Translations under genes and position numbers: made by a program
Part shown: positions 42,931-57,156 of the stretch, one piece after another
How positions within the stretch are numbered: the first letter of the stretch is position 1
How the letters are laid out: the number at the start of each line of letters is the position of its first letter
The notes under the pieces: model-generated
Told to the model about the DNA's origin: nothing
What the model saw: the letters and a program-made list of their open reading frames with translations, nothing else
Database searches by the model: none
From: Amoebidium appalachense
Lineage: Eukaryota; Protista; Ichthyosporea
NCBI GenBank assembly: GCA_963693365.1
Contig: CAVNZM010000016.1
Location: forward strand, 3,251,957-3,315,956
DNA: 64,000 bases
Direction of reading: 5' to 3'

Positions 42931-45593
42931 GGTAAGTGTACGTATTAACCCCATGCAAATCTATGTATGAAAGAGGCAAAAAGGAACACACACGCATACC
43001 CTTACACACGAAAGTCCCCCCCCCCCCCCCCCCCCCTCCTTGAAACAGACAGATCAAAAAAAGAAGATTGAAGAAAAGGCAAGAGCGCGTGGTAATCGCG
43101 GTGATAGTACTGTAAGTGTGTGTGACACTGTAGATGGATGTGTGTAAAAACATATACACTAAAACATACTAATCACCCTCCTCTCGCCCCTCCCCCCCCC
43201 CTCCCCCCCTTTGCCCGGCCTGCAAGTCTCCCTTTCCTTCCTCCCCCCCCCCCCCCTCCCCCTTCCCTCCCCTTGCCTGCCCCTTCCTCTTTCCTTTTCT
43301 ATATCTCTCCCTCTCTCTCTCTGCTTTCCGCTTTCTTATTTATTTCTATTTTTACTTTTAACCACAGGTACATTGCACCCGCATCTAGCCATTTCCACCA
43401 AGAGAGATCATCCTACTGAGATACACACCCTGTGCCAAGATCCCGAGTACAAGCTTCAGTTTGGATTGTACGCTGATGCCATCTGCAGTCAAGACATTGG
43501 AAATTTGCCATGGGAGTGGCTTGTGCAACAAACAAACTCTGCCGATATCAACGATTTGGCCATCCCGGTTCGACTCGAGAACCAAAGCCTACAAGACTGG
43601 CAACGAGCCGTCATGCAGGGTGACAGAGAGCGCCGTCAAGCCATTGCCTCGGCAGCGAAAACAGCATTCGGAGGGAAAGAGCACTTGTGCAAAGAACCCC
43701 CCGCAACGGTTGAAAGCGCCGAGTACAAATTAGATACGTTAGGAGTGGTTGCGTGCTTGCAGTTTCACGAGCACACATCCAGTTGCTACAAAACAGAGCG
43801 TGCAACAAAAACACACACGTGCCGGTCATCTATCCCAAGAATATTGTACGATCAAACACAATACAACGAAGCGAAAAGTCAACTTGAGCAGAAACGACAT
43901 TTCGGTTATACCGTGCCCTTCAATCCTGTGCTATCATCAGAACTACGATGCAATATGGAACTTCGCCTCATCAATACCGGAGCCAATGACCAGTACGACC
44001 TTCTTCTATACATCACCAATTACCAAACCAAGAGGCAATTACCTATCCACCAACAACATTCCATTGCAGCAGCGGTCATATCTGAACTGCAAAACCCAGT
44101 GTCCGAAAATGAAATACAACCCGTAAATACGCACGACACTGAACCTCCACACTCAGATACCGGTTACATATCACGTGTCTTGAACAAAATTCAAAATACC
44201 TTATATATACGACAGGAAATTTCAGCCCCGATGGCAATACTCCTGTTCACTGGAGGACATGATGCCGACCACCTAAGCAGCGTACAATTCAGCCCGCTTA
44301 ATATTTCCCCTATTTTAGCCGCTCTACAACATACCCTGCCAACGCACATCCGCTTCGATTTCCATCGTGACTCGGCATTCGATTCGGACTCCGAATTGGA
44401 TTCGGATGAGGATGAAGAGCATGGTTTTTCACGGTCACAAGAAAATGAAACACGACCCAATGAAACAGCGGATACAAGAGCAGAATCCTACCAGCTTGCA
44501 GTTACAATTGACCGGGTGTGTTTTGTTAACGATCGAGTAGATTACCAATTTCGTGGGGATACCCAACCGGTAGCGCAAATGCCCATGTACGCTCTTGTAC
44601 GTAACTATCACAAAGTTCGTCAGGATAATCAACATCACCGTCTGAAACGAATTCCACTGGATGCAAGACACCCGCAAGCCACAACACACGAATGGGCAGA
44701 GCGTTCTTCTCCAGTAGTGCCTCACCTCTACAACTATCTTCCACCGAGTGCCGAACATGCTCAATACCGGGCACTGTGGATTTTAGCGCACACTAAAGCA
44801 CACGATTGTACAGCCACCAGTTTATTAACTGTTAATGGCCAGTTATTGTCACCTGAAAATGCCTTGCAACAATATATGGAAGACCTCCAAATAAACGACC
44901 CTTTCAGTATGCTACCGATCATCCAAAACATGCTGTTCCTTAGCCGCGGGAGGGAACAATCGCACCAGCATCAAACTCGTGTCAATGAAGAACAGGCATT
45001 CGCTCGTCAATACCATGATGATATTGGTACCCGAACCAACTCGGAATACGTAACGGAGGAAATGGATGAAGGTGAAACAAGTTTGGAAGAAGAAATTGAC
45101 CGCCAGCTTGCGACAGACCCAACAGTACCCTCTACGATTTCCAACACACTTGAAAACATGCAAGCAAACATACCGCACAGTACGCAACAGCTTCTTGAGC
45201 TAAACACTTTCCGGGCACTTACACACTCCAGAGGTTCACATCCGGGGATTCAAGACTCCGTCCTCCGTGACAGGTATGCAAGTATTAAATTTTCCTCTCC
45301 CCCCCCCCCCCCCCCCCCCCCTCCCCCCCACTATCGTCTCAAGTTTTCTCTCTTTCTCTCATTTCTGTCTCGAACCCTTCACATTCCTTTCTCCCATCCC
45401 TTCCTTATTTCCAAAGTTCACAAGCGCTCATCCTTTCCACTTCTTTTCACAAGCGCTCATCCTTTCCACTTCTTTTCCATTCTCTGACCCTTCTAAACAT
45501 CCGAGTCCCCTCCCCCCCCCCCCCCCCCCTCCTTCTCCCTCGTCTTGCGGTCACCACTACCTATGTTTTTTGGACACCCAAGACATTATCCCC

Positions 45594-45624
<31 letters not shown>

Positions 45625-47445
45625 AAAAAAAAAAAACGACCTTTATTTGCATAGTATTATTTATGTACCCCACCCACCCTCCACTTCATCCCCCCCCCCC
45701 CCCCCCCCCCCCCGGAAAATGATCGCTTTTGCATAGTCTTTTCTGTCTCCGACCATTCCCTTTCTTTTCTCCTAGATTCCCCCTTCTTCTCCCTCGTCCC
45801 TCACTCTCCCCCTTTTTACTCTTCTTTCGTTTCTGTGGTCATCCAAACATCATCCCCCCCCCCCCCCCCCCCCCTCCCCCCCGACAATTTTTCATGTACC
45901 CCACCATCCTTCCCCTCCATCCTTCTCCCCCCCCCCCCCCCCCCACCCTTCGGCTTCCTTTTGCAACCCCCCCCCCCCCCCCCCCCGTTCTCTCCTTCCC
46001 CAGCCGATCAATTTTGTTTGCATAGTCGTTTTTATGTACCTCACTTTTCTTCCCCTTCCTATATGTTGGCATTTAAGTTGCTCATCATGGCTTTGCACTA
46101 ATTCATCATCTCTCTCACATCACCCCCTCTCCCCTGCCCTCCCTCCCCACTGTCCCCCCCCCCCCCCCCCCCCCTCCCCTCCCTCCCCCTCCCCCCCCCC
46201 CCCCCCCCCCCCCAGCAATTGCCTATCAAAAAGACCACACAGGTTCTTCACAGAGCAAGTTGAGTTGGACTGGCCGGTAACTTTGAGTGCAGAAAAGGCA
46301 CGGAGAATTCACCAGCGCACACACTCAATTGTGGCTGCACCCACAAGCACTACAACGCAACCGCCTACGGTGGATATCCGTCCTATGGATACCGACCACA
46401 TACTTGACCCGGAACCGGAGATTCTCCGAATTTCACTGCCACGCAATCCAACACTCACGGCACCGGCTGGAATCCCTACAATCGATTGGGCAATAACCGA
46501 GTGGCAGTTAAGTGGCCGAACGAAAGACGCATTCACGTATGTCGCAACACACATGGAACATACACGGCAATATCTATCCACAAAGGACCCCATGCGCAAA
46601 CCACAACAATTCATAATGCAGTGTCTCGGAGAAACAGGGTCTGGAAAGTCACATCTTATTAGAGCTATCAAATGGTTTGCGCAGGAATTGGATATGGCTG
46701 GCTGTGTTTTGTTTGTTGCTCCAACAGGCCAAGCCGCACACAACATTGGTGGGTCTACCATTCATAGTATCCTTCAGATCCCTGTAGTGACAGGCAACGA
46801 AGAAGATCCACACCCATTATCAGAGCGCTCGCCACTCTTTGACATTTGGGATAACATCCACTATCTGTTTTGTGACGAGATGAGTATGGTTGGGGCTTTC
46901 CTATTGGATGAGATAAACACTCACATCCAAAATAAATTTCCAGGAGAAAGACACACCAAACCTTTTGGTGATATAAACATATGTTTTTTCGGTGATATGT
47001 TTCAGCTTCCACCGGTTGGGGATTGTGCTTTGTACGAAACCCCTCGATTTGATCCAACTCGGAAATACAAACCGAAGCACCTTATCAAATTGAACAAGCA
47101 AATTCGCGGTTCTCGCCTTTACCGAGATAATTTCACCACCACATTCCTGTTAAACCAACAACACCGACAGCACGATGCTGATTACCTCGCTTTCGTGCGA
47201 GAATTGAAAACAGGAGAAGTAACTGAGGCACACCAACAAAAACTACGCAATCGCACGAACATCGTGTCGTCAGATATCCAACACGTCATCGTCCTTTCCA
47301 ATGAACTGCGTATGCACCTTAATATGGGCAGACTTCTTTCCAGAGCGGCTCAGACTCGCCAACCAATCACCATTGCACCGAGCACAGATGTTCTTTCCCG
47401 CAGTAGGCAAATGACGCACAGTATTCAAATGACGCTCTCTACCAT
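41285..47445 (+). pseudogene. Helitron (Helitron2/Helentron-like) RepHel gene: HUH Rep plus PIF1 helicase, spliced, 5'-truncated and cut by Copia-C
   Basis: FVVRR, YPSLFPLGIGG, IWLTTN, ECQGRG|TLHPH (HUH motif across intron 42359-43367) and RCNME...YITNYQTK (Y2). Intron 45274-46242. Helicase motifs GETGSGKS, APTGQAA..IGGSTIHS, DEMSMV, PFGDI..FGDMFQLPPV and QQHRQ. Several 1-nt indels at 41.5-41.9 kb. Confidence 0.92.
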
Positions 47446-48200
47446 TGTTGTTTTGTACGGGTCTAAGGGAGCAGAGTGCACAGAGGTGTCATGTTAAACA
47501 CGACTAACACATTAATGAGAGGGCAATCGGAGTTGTTCACGAGACATTGAAAGATTCAAACAACAACTGATTCTTTATTGTGCTCTCGGTTCCTTTTGTA
47601 CTTGTGACTTATCACCTTATCACAACTAAAGAGGGAGAACCAATCGGTTCTATCAGAGGATAGAAAAAACACATTCCGACAGAGCATACGCATTCCAACT
47701 TCCGATTAAACTAAAGTGTAGAAACTCTTACTTAAATAAATTAAGTAATTATACATCTAGTCACTATTAACTCACATATATATTTATGTTCGTCTCTATA
47801 AAGAAACTTATTTAAATACATATATTTCCTAATAGTCGACACTCTCAAAGTGAAGACACTTTGCAATAAACCGAATTCCATATATATCTATTGTCCAATC
47901 ACAACACACATATATTAATAGACAGGAATGCACAACGCGATCTACAGATGTACTCGCTCGCGACTATTGGCGAGCCATCCTTTTGAGAACAAAACTAAGC
48001 CATTTTGAAATAAAGGAAAGACAACGAGTGAGGCTAGCCAATCACGCTACTCTCTCAGATAAACAGAGGAGAGCAAACAGAAATAAAATACAATAAGTTC
48101 TTATCAGGCAAGGGAGCCAGGTGTGCACAGATCTACAGATATCTGTGCCCACAGAAACAAGGGAGAGAGAGATACGGGGGGGGGGGGGGGGGGGGGGGGG

Positions 48201-48271
<71 letters not shown>

Positions 48272-51200
48272 AAAGCAGACACGAATACAAACAAGATAAG
48301 ACACATACATACTTCAAGGCTCTTGCTGTCATACATGGTGACGTATTCCAACATCCCCACTCAAGGGGTTGAAGTTTGTGTTCTCGTGTCTGTTGATGTG
48401 ACGGTAGATGAGGTCCAAACACAGGAGGGGGCCGTCACACTCAAGTTTCCCCACTCGAGGATGCAAACCGAAGATCCTTGAGGTGGGAAGGAGAGAATCA
48501 AAGCTGAAGAGGCACACAACGACAGTTGCCTCGGAAGAATTGGAACAAAAGATCATGGTGGTTATCGTCGATATATATATATAGAGGAAACACTAGTGTA
48601 TGTGTGACGTGTTGGTGGCTAATGTTTTATACTGGGGACCACCCAGGTAAACACAAGGCATGAACATCTTGTGGACTGATTTATAGACTGGTTGTCAACC
48701 AGTTAAGACACGGGGAAGGTGCATCCCGTGGACTAGGTTTAGACTGGCAGTCAACCAGCACGCCATGGCTATAGATAATTATTTATACTGGGACGCCATC
48801 CCAGTTCGACATATATATAAAGTCGAATATAGAAGAAAACCAATATATATGGTGGGATATGAATATAAATAAACGACGGATGGTGGAGAATAATCCCCAC
48901 TGAAGATGCATACACATGACGAGGTAAGACAGAGTCCCCACTGATGATGAGAAACGATGAGGAGTAGTAGACTTTCGTTGGGAGGCATCTTGATCACCGT
49001 AGGTGTGTCAACTGCTGTCCAGGGCCCCAACCTACTCAGAAACCACTCGATGATGAACACCAGTGCACGGGTCAGTCACGGAGACTGAGGTTGGCACGGT
49101 GTGTGTCGTGGGCCGGACCAGCCAGAGGCTTGGTGAAGATGTCGGCCAGGTTCTTCTTGGTGTCCGAGATGTAGGTGACAGTGACGTCCCCACTGTTGAT
49201 GTAGTCCTTGGTGTTGAAGTAACGAACGGCAATGTGCTTGGTCCGGTGCTTGATGGTGTTGGAGTGGACCAGAGCAATGGTGGACTGATTGTCGCAGTAC
49301 ACGGGGGTGGGCTCGGTCATGGGGTAGCCCAGCTCCTTTAGTAGATCACGGTGCCAGACAACATCTTGCACAGCAGCATTGAGGGCCAGGAGCTCGGCCT
49401 CACAGGTGGAAGTTGCAGTGATCGTCTGCAGCTTGGAGTGGTAGGTGACGGGGGTGCCTTCGAGGAGGATGACGTACCCAGACGTGGAACGACGGGTGGT
49501 GGGGCAACCAGCAAAGTCAGAATCCGAGTAGCACTCAAGGATGGGCACCTTGCTGTTGGGGGCCTTCTTCTTGTAGTAGAGGCCGAGGTTGATGGTGCCG
49601 AGCAGGTAACGAACGACACGGAGGAGAAGCTCCCAGGCAGTCTTGGTGGGCTTGGAGCTGAATCGGCCGAGGTAGCCAATGGCATACGAGATGTCAGGCC
49701 GGGAGCACCGAGCAACCCACAGCAGACGGCCGAGGAGTTCACGGTAGGGGACGGTGGTGGGCAGGGAGGAGAGGGAGGACTCGTTGATGATGGTGCCCAC
49801 GGGAATAGGGGTGGCCTTAGGCTTGGCATCGACCAGGTTGAAGTCGGTGATGATGTCCTTGATGTAGGAGGACTGCAGCAGCTTGAGGGAGTCACGGGTG
49901 TACAGCAGTTGGGTGCCGAGGAAGATGTCTGGCAGACCGACCTTGCACTCGGCAGACTTCGTGATGTGACGAACAAGCCCCTGCATGATGGCGGAGTGCC
50001 GTGTGCAGGTGATGATGGCATCCGAGTCATCAACGTACTGTTGCCCGAACGGATGATGTGCCCGTTGGGGAACTGACGGAAGTAGACACACGGATCGGAA
50101 CGGAGACGGGTGAGGCCGTGGGCAATGAGAATGGAGTTGAAGAACTCGTACCATGCCAGGGATGCCTGCTTGAGTCCGTAGATGGCCTTCTTGAGTTTCC
50201 AGACTTTGTGTTCATTGCCAGGGAGGATAAAACCAGGAGGTTGCTCCATGTACAAAGTCTCGTCGAGGGGGCTGTTGAGGAAGGCCGTGCTGATGTCGAG
50301 TTGATGGATCTCGTGGTCCTGTTGCACACCGAGGGCAAGCAGGGCACGGACGGAGGAGGACATGACGACGGGGGAAGAGTTTTCACCGTAGTCAACACCG
50401 TAGACTTGGGTGAAACCCTTGGCCACACCACGACCCTTGATCTTGGTGTCACCAGCAGAGTTGAGGACCTTCTCCGTGACAATCCACTTGAATCGGATGA
50501 TGTTGGCATCGGAGGGGGGCTCAACTACGTCGAAAATGTCCTTGTCGATGAAAGCCTTGTACTCGGCAGTGAGGGCAGTCACCACTTCATCACCCTTGGT
50601 GCCGGAGCACAGCTTCTGAATTGACCGGGGCAGCTGAGACACATCAAGGCTGGGTCGGGAGATGCTCACCATGGCCATGGCAGGCCGGGAGGAGAGACGG
50701 GAGGAACGACGGGGTACGGTACGGAGGGGCTCAGGGGCCGGGGGGGTGGCTGGGACAGACACTCGGTGGTCGGGGATGGGGGCCTGGAAGCCAGGGATGG
50801 GTGCCGTGTTGAGGGGGGAGTCGGATAACACGGGGCTGGACGGGGCCGAGTGGAACTCCGGAGACCCAGGACGAACCGGGGTGAGATGACCAGGTACGTG
50901 GTCATTGACGGCAGGGGCCGGCAGCAGGGGTTGCTGGCCGGTGGGGGGGGGGGGGGTGGGTGGAGCCACGGGGGCAGGTACACGACGGGGGGGAACGACG
51001 GATAATCACCGACGGAATGTCATCGTCATCGGAATTGGAATTTCCGGAATGCAGGGATGGATCGATTGAGGTCGTCTGATTGGTGGCCTGCACAGAAATC
51101 TGATTGGATGCCGTGGTGAATTGTGATTCGTCGAAGACGACATCGCGGTAGAGGTTGACCGTGTTGCCACGTAGATTCATGATCTTGTGGGCTTTGTTGG

Positions 51201-53247
51201 TGATATCCCAGCCCACGTAGGTGCCGAGTTTGACGGTAGAGGCCAACTTGTCTCGTTTGGATGCAGGGACGTGTACATAGGCTGGGCAGCCGAACACGTG
51301 CAGGTGGGAGATGTCAGGCTTGACACCGTAGAAAATTTCAAACGGTGTACGGCCATTGGCAGCTCTGGCCGGGGTCACGTTGATGATGTAGGCAGCATGC
51401 TTGAGAGCAGCTCCCCACAGCTTGGGGGAAAGGGAGTCGGCCTTGTCCTGATGAAGGAAGCACCGAACGATCTCCTGCAGATCCCTCATCTTACGTTCAA
51501 CGAAGCCGTTGAGTTGGGGGCAGTCAACCGGGGCAAATTCCTGAATGATGCCCTTGGACTGGCAGTACTGCTCCATAGCATGGGAGGTGAACTTGGACCC
51601 AGAGTCTGAACTGAAGTGGGTCACCACCTTGTCGGGTTGCTTGTCAGTAGTCTCAACCAGGGCCTTGACGTATTCGAGAGTTTCGGATCGATCACGGAGG
51701 AGGTACACGATGGTGTAGCCGGAGGCATCACAGGTACACACGAGGGCCACCTTGTAGCCACCATAGGAGGCACAGGGAGGCTCGAAGAAGTCCATGTGCC
51801 ACTTGGCACCGGGGAAGGGGCACTGGGTTCTGGTGTCGGAGAATGGGGCCTTGGTGGTCTTGCCGGAGACACAACCGAAGCAGTCAGTGGTGTCAGCCAC
51901 TGAGAGGGATGAGGGGAGGCCTGTCACGAGGTCACCTCTCACCATCTTGGTGAGGGTGGACAGGGCACGATGGCCGAGACGGTGGTGCCAGAGCTGAGGA
52001 TCATTGTTGACCTTGACGTTGGCTACCAGAGCAGTGACGGTCCGAGGGATGGAGGGACGTATCTCATAGTCGGTGATGAAGTACAGTCCATCTGTGCCTG
52101 TGAGGGAACACACGATGTTGCCACCACGAGTGTAGAGGTAGGATGGGAATTCATCCTCATCATCTAGGTGGGCAAGGAGACCCGACTTGGAGGCCATTGA
52201 GGGTGATATCAGGAAGGCTGGGGAGTCGGGTACATAGAGGGTGTTGAGGCTCAGTACTGATGTTACTCCGTTGTAGGTGACGGCCAGGTTGATGACACCA
52301 CGGTGATGTGCAGTGACGATGCCGAGGCCGTGGACGTCAGTCGGGGGGCATGGCTCAAGAGTAGAGAAGTACTCCTTTACTGGGCACACGTGGACGTTTG
52401 AAGCCGAGTCCCAGCAGGGGTCCATGGGTAGGGAGGCCGTGGTGGACACGAGGGCAAAATGCACCTCTTTTCCAGACTTGGTGTTGGCACGGTGACGACG
52501 GGCAATTGAGCAGCCAGGTTTGTCACACTGTGTGACATGATGGTCTTCGTGACAGTAGGCACAGTCGAGGGAGCCAGTAGTCTTGGCTCGGGGTGACTGG
52601 GAATGACGGTTACCCCCTTTACGTGGGGGGTAGGGTGACCGGGAACGATAGCCGGGGGAACGGGACCGAGAGTAATCACGGTCAACTGAGGGGGATCGAT
52701 CGGTGGGACGACCACGGGGGTGACGGGAGACGGAGCTGTCACGTCGGGGGATCCGGTGTCTGAGGTCGTCCTTGGTGAGGACACGGCTTTGCAGGGCACG
52801 TGCTGTTCGGACGGTGGAGGAGGACCCGGACCCAGAGTCGATGAGACCTTCACGGATCTCTGCAGCTCGGATGTCACTGATTAGACGGTTGTAGGTTTCG
52901 TAGTTGATGGTACGACGGAAGTAGTCGGCAATCATGGCCTGGATGTCGGTACAAACTAACTTACGGTTCTTCTTGAGGTGGATGAAGAAGTTATCAACCA
53001 TAGTCTTGTGAAAAATGGGCTCTTCGAGGATGTGCAGGGTAGTGCACAGACGGCGTGCCATGGTGAGGTAGGCCGTGACGGTCTTGAAGTCCTTGAGTTC
53101 AAGCTCATGGTAGTCGAGGAGGATTTGACGAGCACGATCTTCACGTTCAGCCGCATAGGTCATACGGAGGTTGTGGAAAGCTTGGGCAGGTGACACATCA
53201 TCGTGGATTTGACCTGAGTTATACAGCTCGTCATTGGAGACGAGTTG
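47446..53247 (-). mobile_element. Copia-C, 5'-truncated (3' LTR 47446-48353, PPT, long 3' UTR, polyprotein remnant)
   Basis: TGTTG..CAACA LTR. No 5' LTR or second TSD; left boundary exact, right boundary approximate. Confidence 0.92.
49072..53247 (-). pseudogene. Copia-C gag-PR-IN-RT-RH polyprotein, frameshifted
   Basis: CAYCHEDHHVTQC, WDSASNVH, LWHHRLGH, WHMDFF, NGFVER, AIYGLKQAS, YVDD, STCEAEL, TKHIAVRY and ADIFTKPL. Frameshifts near 50950 and 50040. Confidence 0.92.
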
Positions 53248-53488
53248 AGTAAACATCTGTTCAAGGAAGTTGGAAGCCTCGCTGCAGGTACTCCTTCTCC
53301 ATCTTCCTCCCCCCCCTCCCCGAGCGCTCACACACCCTACCCTTTAATGTATCGCGTACCTGGCATTTGTCTCTTTTTGCCTCTCTTTCTTTCCTTACCC
53401 CCTCCCCCTCCCCCAGCAACCAATTGTCCTTCTCTTCCCCTCTCCGCTTCCCCTCCCTTGTCTCCAAATCTCTGTTGCCCCCCTCCCC

Positions 53489-53519
<31 letters not shown>

Positions 53520-54437
53520 ACACTCCCTTTTTCAAAACACACCCTTTCCAACCCACACCTTCATTGCTCCTTTCTTGTGGCAGGTAGCTCCCCCCCCCCT
53601 CCCCCCCCCCTCGTGTACCTCTTCCCTCCCTCCCAGAAATCAAAACAATACTGACCTACCTCTCCTCGCATACCCAACCACATATCAATGCATTCGCCTA
53701 CCACCCTCCCCCCCCCCCCCCCCTCCTTAATGTCTTTTCCTTCCGCTCTCTGTCCCCCCCCCCCTTCTCCCTCCCCGTTCTTTCCTCTTTCCCTTTGCCC
53801 ACACAGTGTATGGCCAGGAGTGCATCATGGTGCCGGTTCCACAAGGCTACATGCCAACCCAACGAATTCGGAACCAAGGAGGAGGTAACTGTTTCTTCTA
53901 TGCAGCCAACATCGATCGTACACAATATATCGTCGCTCTTCAACATGCAATTCAAACCGGGCCGCCCAGAAATTCGCCCACTTGTCCAACGTGCCTATGA
54001 AGAATACGCTACACAACTCACACGGTCTCGCCCGTCTTTCACGGCTTCATCTCTTTTCCAACAGTATCCCAACTTGGAAAGCATCGCTACGCAATATTAT
54101 CAAGCTACAGAACACAATGATCCACAGCAAAGGACAAATTCGGAACAACAAATTTGACAGAGCACTGAATGAAACCATAGCTCAAGAAATGACAAATGGC
54201 TTTGAAGCGTATCTTCATGTCTTTTCAAACCCAACAGTGTACATGGAACACGAGGATATCACACTATTCTGTGCCGTTGCAAATACACATATTCTTGTTC
54301 ACACAGTGCATCCTGCTTTCCCTGCAGTCACACATTACGGTCCACCTGTGTCCTCCACAGTAAGAGCAATAGCAATGCACATGACTGTTAATCCCTATTG
54401 CCAACACTTTGAAGAATTGCAGCCTTTTTCCATGTAA
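53248..54437 (+). pseudogene. OTU-like cysteine protease domain, probably the C-terminus of the Helitron RepHel (exon stub 53248-53287, intron 53288-53806, last exon 53807-54437)
   Basis: In-frame GT-AG splice (GSLAA-V-YGQ), GGGNCFFYA Cys motif, Y..F..PTVYMEHEDI..F.....ILVH and terminal QHFEEL His motif. Two frameshifts. Confidence 0.7.
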
Positions 54438-54562
54438 ATACATTACTGGAACAAGTCAGTCTAATAGCCATAGGTGGGTGAATAATTGGGTAGGATAGTG
54501 GATGGGTGGGTGGGAAAGCGTATCTCACTCTTTTTTTTTTTTTTTTTCTTTTTCTTTTTTTC

Positions 54563-54604
<42 letters not shown>

Positions 54605-54787
54605 GGGACGAAGGAAAAGGCAAGGGGGGGAAGGGGCAGGGTCGTTCATAGGTGAGTGCATGAGTGTGTAGGTGGTAGAAGTGTGTGTGTGTGTGTGTGT
54701 GTGTGCGTGTGTATGCTGTCCGTGTATGCGTGCCTGTGATCCATGCTTGTGTGAGTGTATGTGTGTGTGTATGAGTGTTGGTATTTG

Positions 54788-54910
<123 letters not shown>

Positions 54911-55003
54911 TGTGCGTGCGCGCGTGTGTGTGTGTGCGTTTATGTGTGTATGTGAGTGTACGTGCGCGCACGTGTGTATGTACCACTCCTCCTCCTCTCC
55001 CCT

Positions 55004-55042
<39 letters not shown>

Positions 55043-55049
55043 GCTCTCT

Positions 55050-55140
<91 letters not shown>

Positions 55141-55184
55141 CCTCAGACATTCTTCTCTTTCTCCTAAATCTCGTGAATATGATT

Positions 55185-55578
55185 TGTACACGTTGTGGAC
55201 ACGGTACAAACAGAGTGGAATCCCCACTCACAAACCTTGATTCAATGGTGTACGTGTGATGGGAAGACATACCCACACGGTACAAAATGGCGTACGCGTG
55301 ATGGGAAGACATACCCACACGGTACAAAGTAGTGTACGCGTGATGGGAAGACATACCCACACGGTACAAACTGGTGTACGCGTGATGGGAAAAACATGCC
55401 CACACGGTACAAAACAGTGGAGTCTCCACTCAGAAAACCTGATTCAATGGTGTACACGTGATGGGAAAAACATGCCCACACGGTACAAAAGAGTGCAAAC
55501 CCACTCTGAATTTTCAATGGTGTACACGTAGTGGATGAAACATGCCCACACGGTACAAAGAGAGTGGAACCCCCACTC
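55185..55578. repeat. Tandem array of two hairpin modules (42-bp A unit; ~17-bp B hairpin)
   Basis: A = TGTAC-R-CGTG-A-TGGG-loop-CCCA-CACG-GTACA, six copies plus one short variant. B = GAGTG(G)-loop-(C)CACTC, four copies. Confidence 0.92.
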
Positions 55579-55749
55579 CACAATTTCTATTTTGGACATG
55601 TGTCTAAAAGCACATAGCCACCCATCTGCAAAGAAAAAGTCATTCTGTTTCCGTGGGGAGAGTGTTTATCAACAGCTCTTTCCCCTCCCTCCCTCCCCCC
55701 TCCCCTCAAACCACTACCACCACCATCACTATCACCACCACCACCATCA

Positions 55750-55876
<127 letters not shown>

Positions 55877-56113
55877 GCACGCGCGCGCGCAACTCATTTG
55901 GCCTGCTCTCGGCAGGGAGCGCGGGGGGGGGGGGGGGGAGGGGAAGGGGAGGGGGGGGGGGAAGGGGGAGGGGGGGGGGGGACATGACAGCTACAATCCA
56001 GACATGCTAAAGTTGGGAAAGTTTCATTGGCTCTCTGAAACACACGGCATACACACGTACACACGCGTACACACACACACACACACACACGTGTACAGAC
56101 CGTGACCCCGATA

Positions 56114-56215
<102 letters not shown>

Positions 56216-56874
56216 GTACACACAGACACACACACACACACACACCGACACGCAACTTTCCCCTTCTACCTATTAATCAAATTGTTCCCCTACACACGCA
56301 CCCACGCACACACATACACACACATGCACACACACACACACACGTGCCCGTACACACATACACACGTACACACCTCATTTCCGTGGCCTGCTCTAAGCGG
56401 GGAACAGGGGCCCCGAGGGGAGGGGGGGGGGAGGGGGGGGGGGGGGGGGGGGGGATCCATACTTCCTACTCACCAACTGGGAAGCTAATGGATGTTTCAG
56501 CCTAACCTTGCCGGGCTAATGGCTTGAGAGATATCGACGGATATAAATACCAAAGGGGAGGGGGGGGGGGGGGGGGGGGGGAGGGGGGGGACAGCTACAA
56601 TCTACACACACACAAACACACGTGCGTACCCACGTGACACACACACATACGCACGCGTACACACGTGCACACTCCGTACACACACACAGACACACACACA
56701 CACACACACCTACACTCCGAAACACATGCAAGTGTATGCCACGTGCAATAATCTGATTGGCACACAAACCTCCATTGTGTCGCAAGTTGCAACGACTGGC
56801 AGTCTGCAGGTAATTGCCACAGTATCACACGCACGCATGCACGCACGCACACATACGAAAACACACACACACAT

Positions 56875-56985
<111 letters not shown>

Positions 56986-57156
56986 ACAAAAGCTTAAACA
57001 GAACGGGAATGGGGAAGAAAAAACCACGGGTAAGAGAAGGGAACAGCAATGGAAGGGAACGAAAGGGATCAGGGAAACAGAGCAAGCAACGGGAAGAGCA
57101 CGAGCAATCAAACAACAAGGGAAGAGCAAGGTATAAGGGAAAAACAGCAACGGCCG

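Noticed and set aside
48354-49071. Possible env-like extra ORF in the long Copia-C 3' region
   Set aside because: Only short ORFs (<95 aa) with no signal peptide or transmembrane architecture.
55185-55578. CRISPR array
   Set aside because: Palindromic repeats but no unique spacers, no cas genes, and a eukaryotic context.
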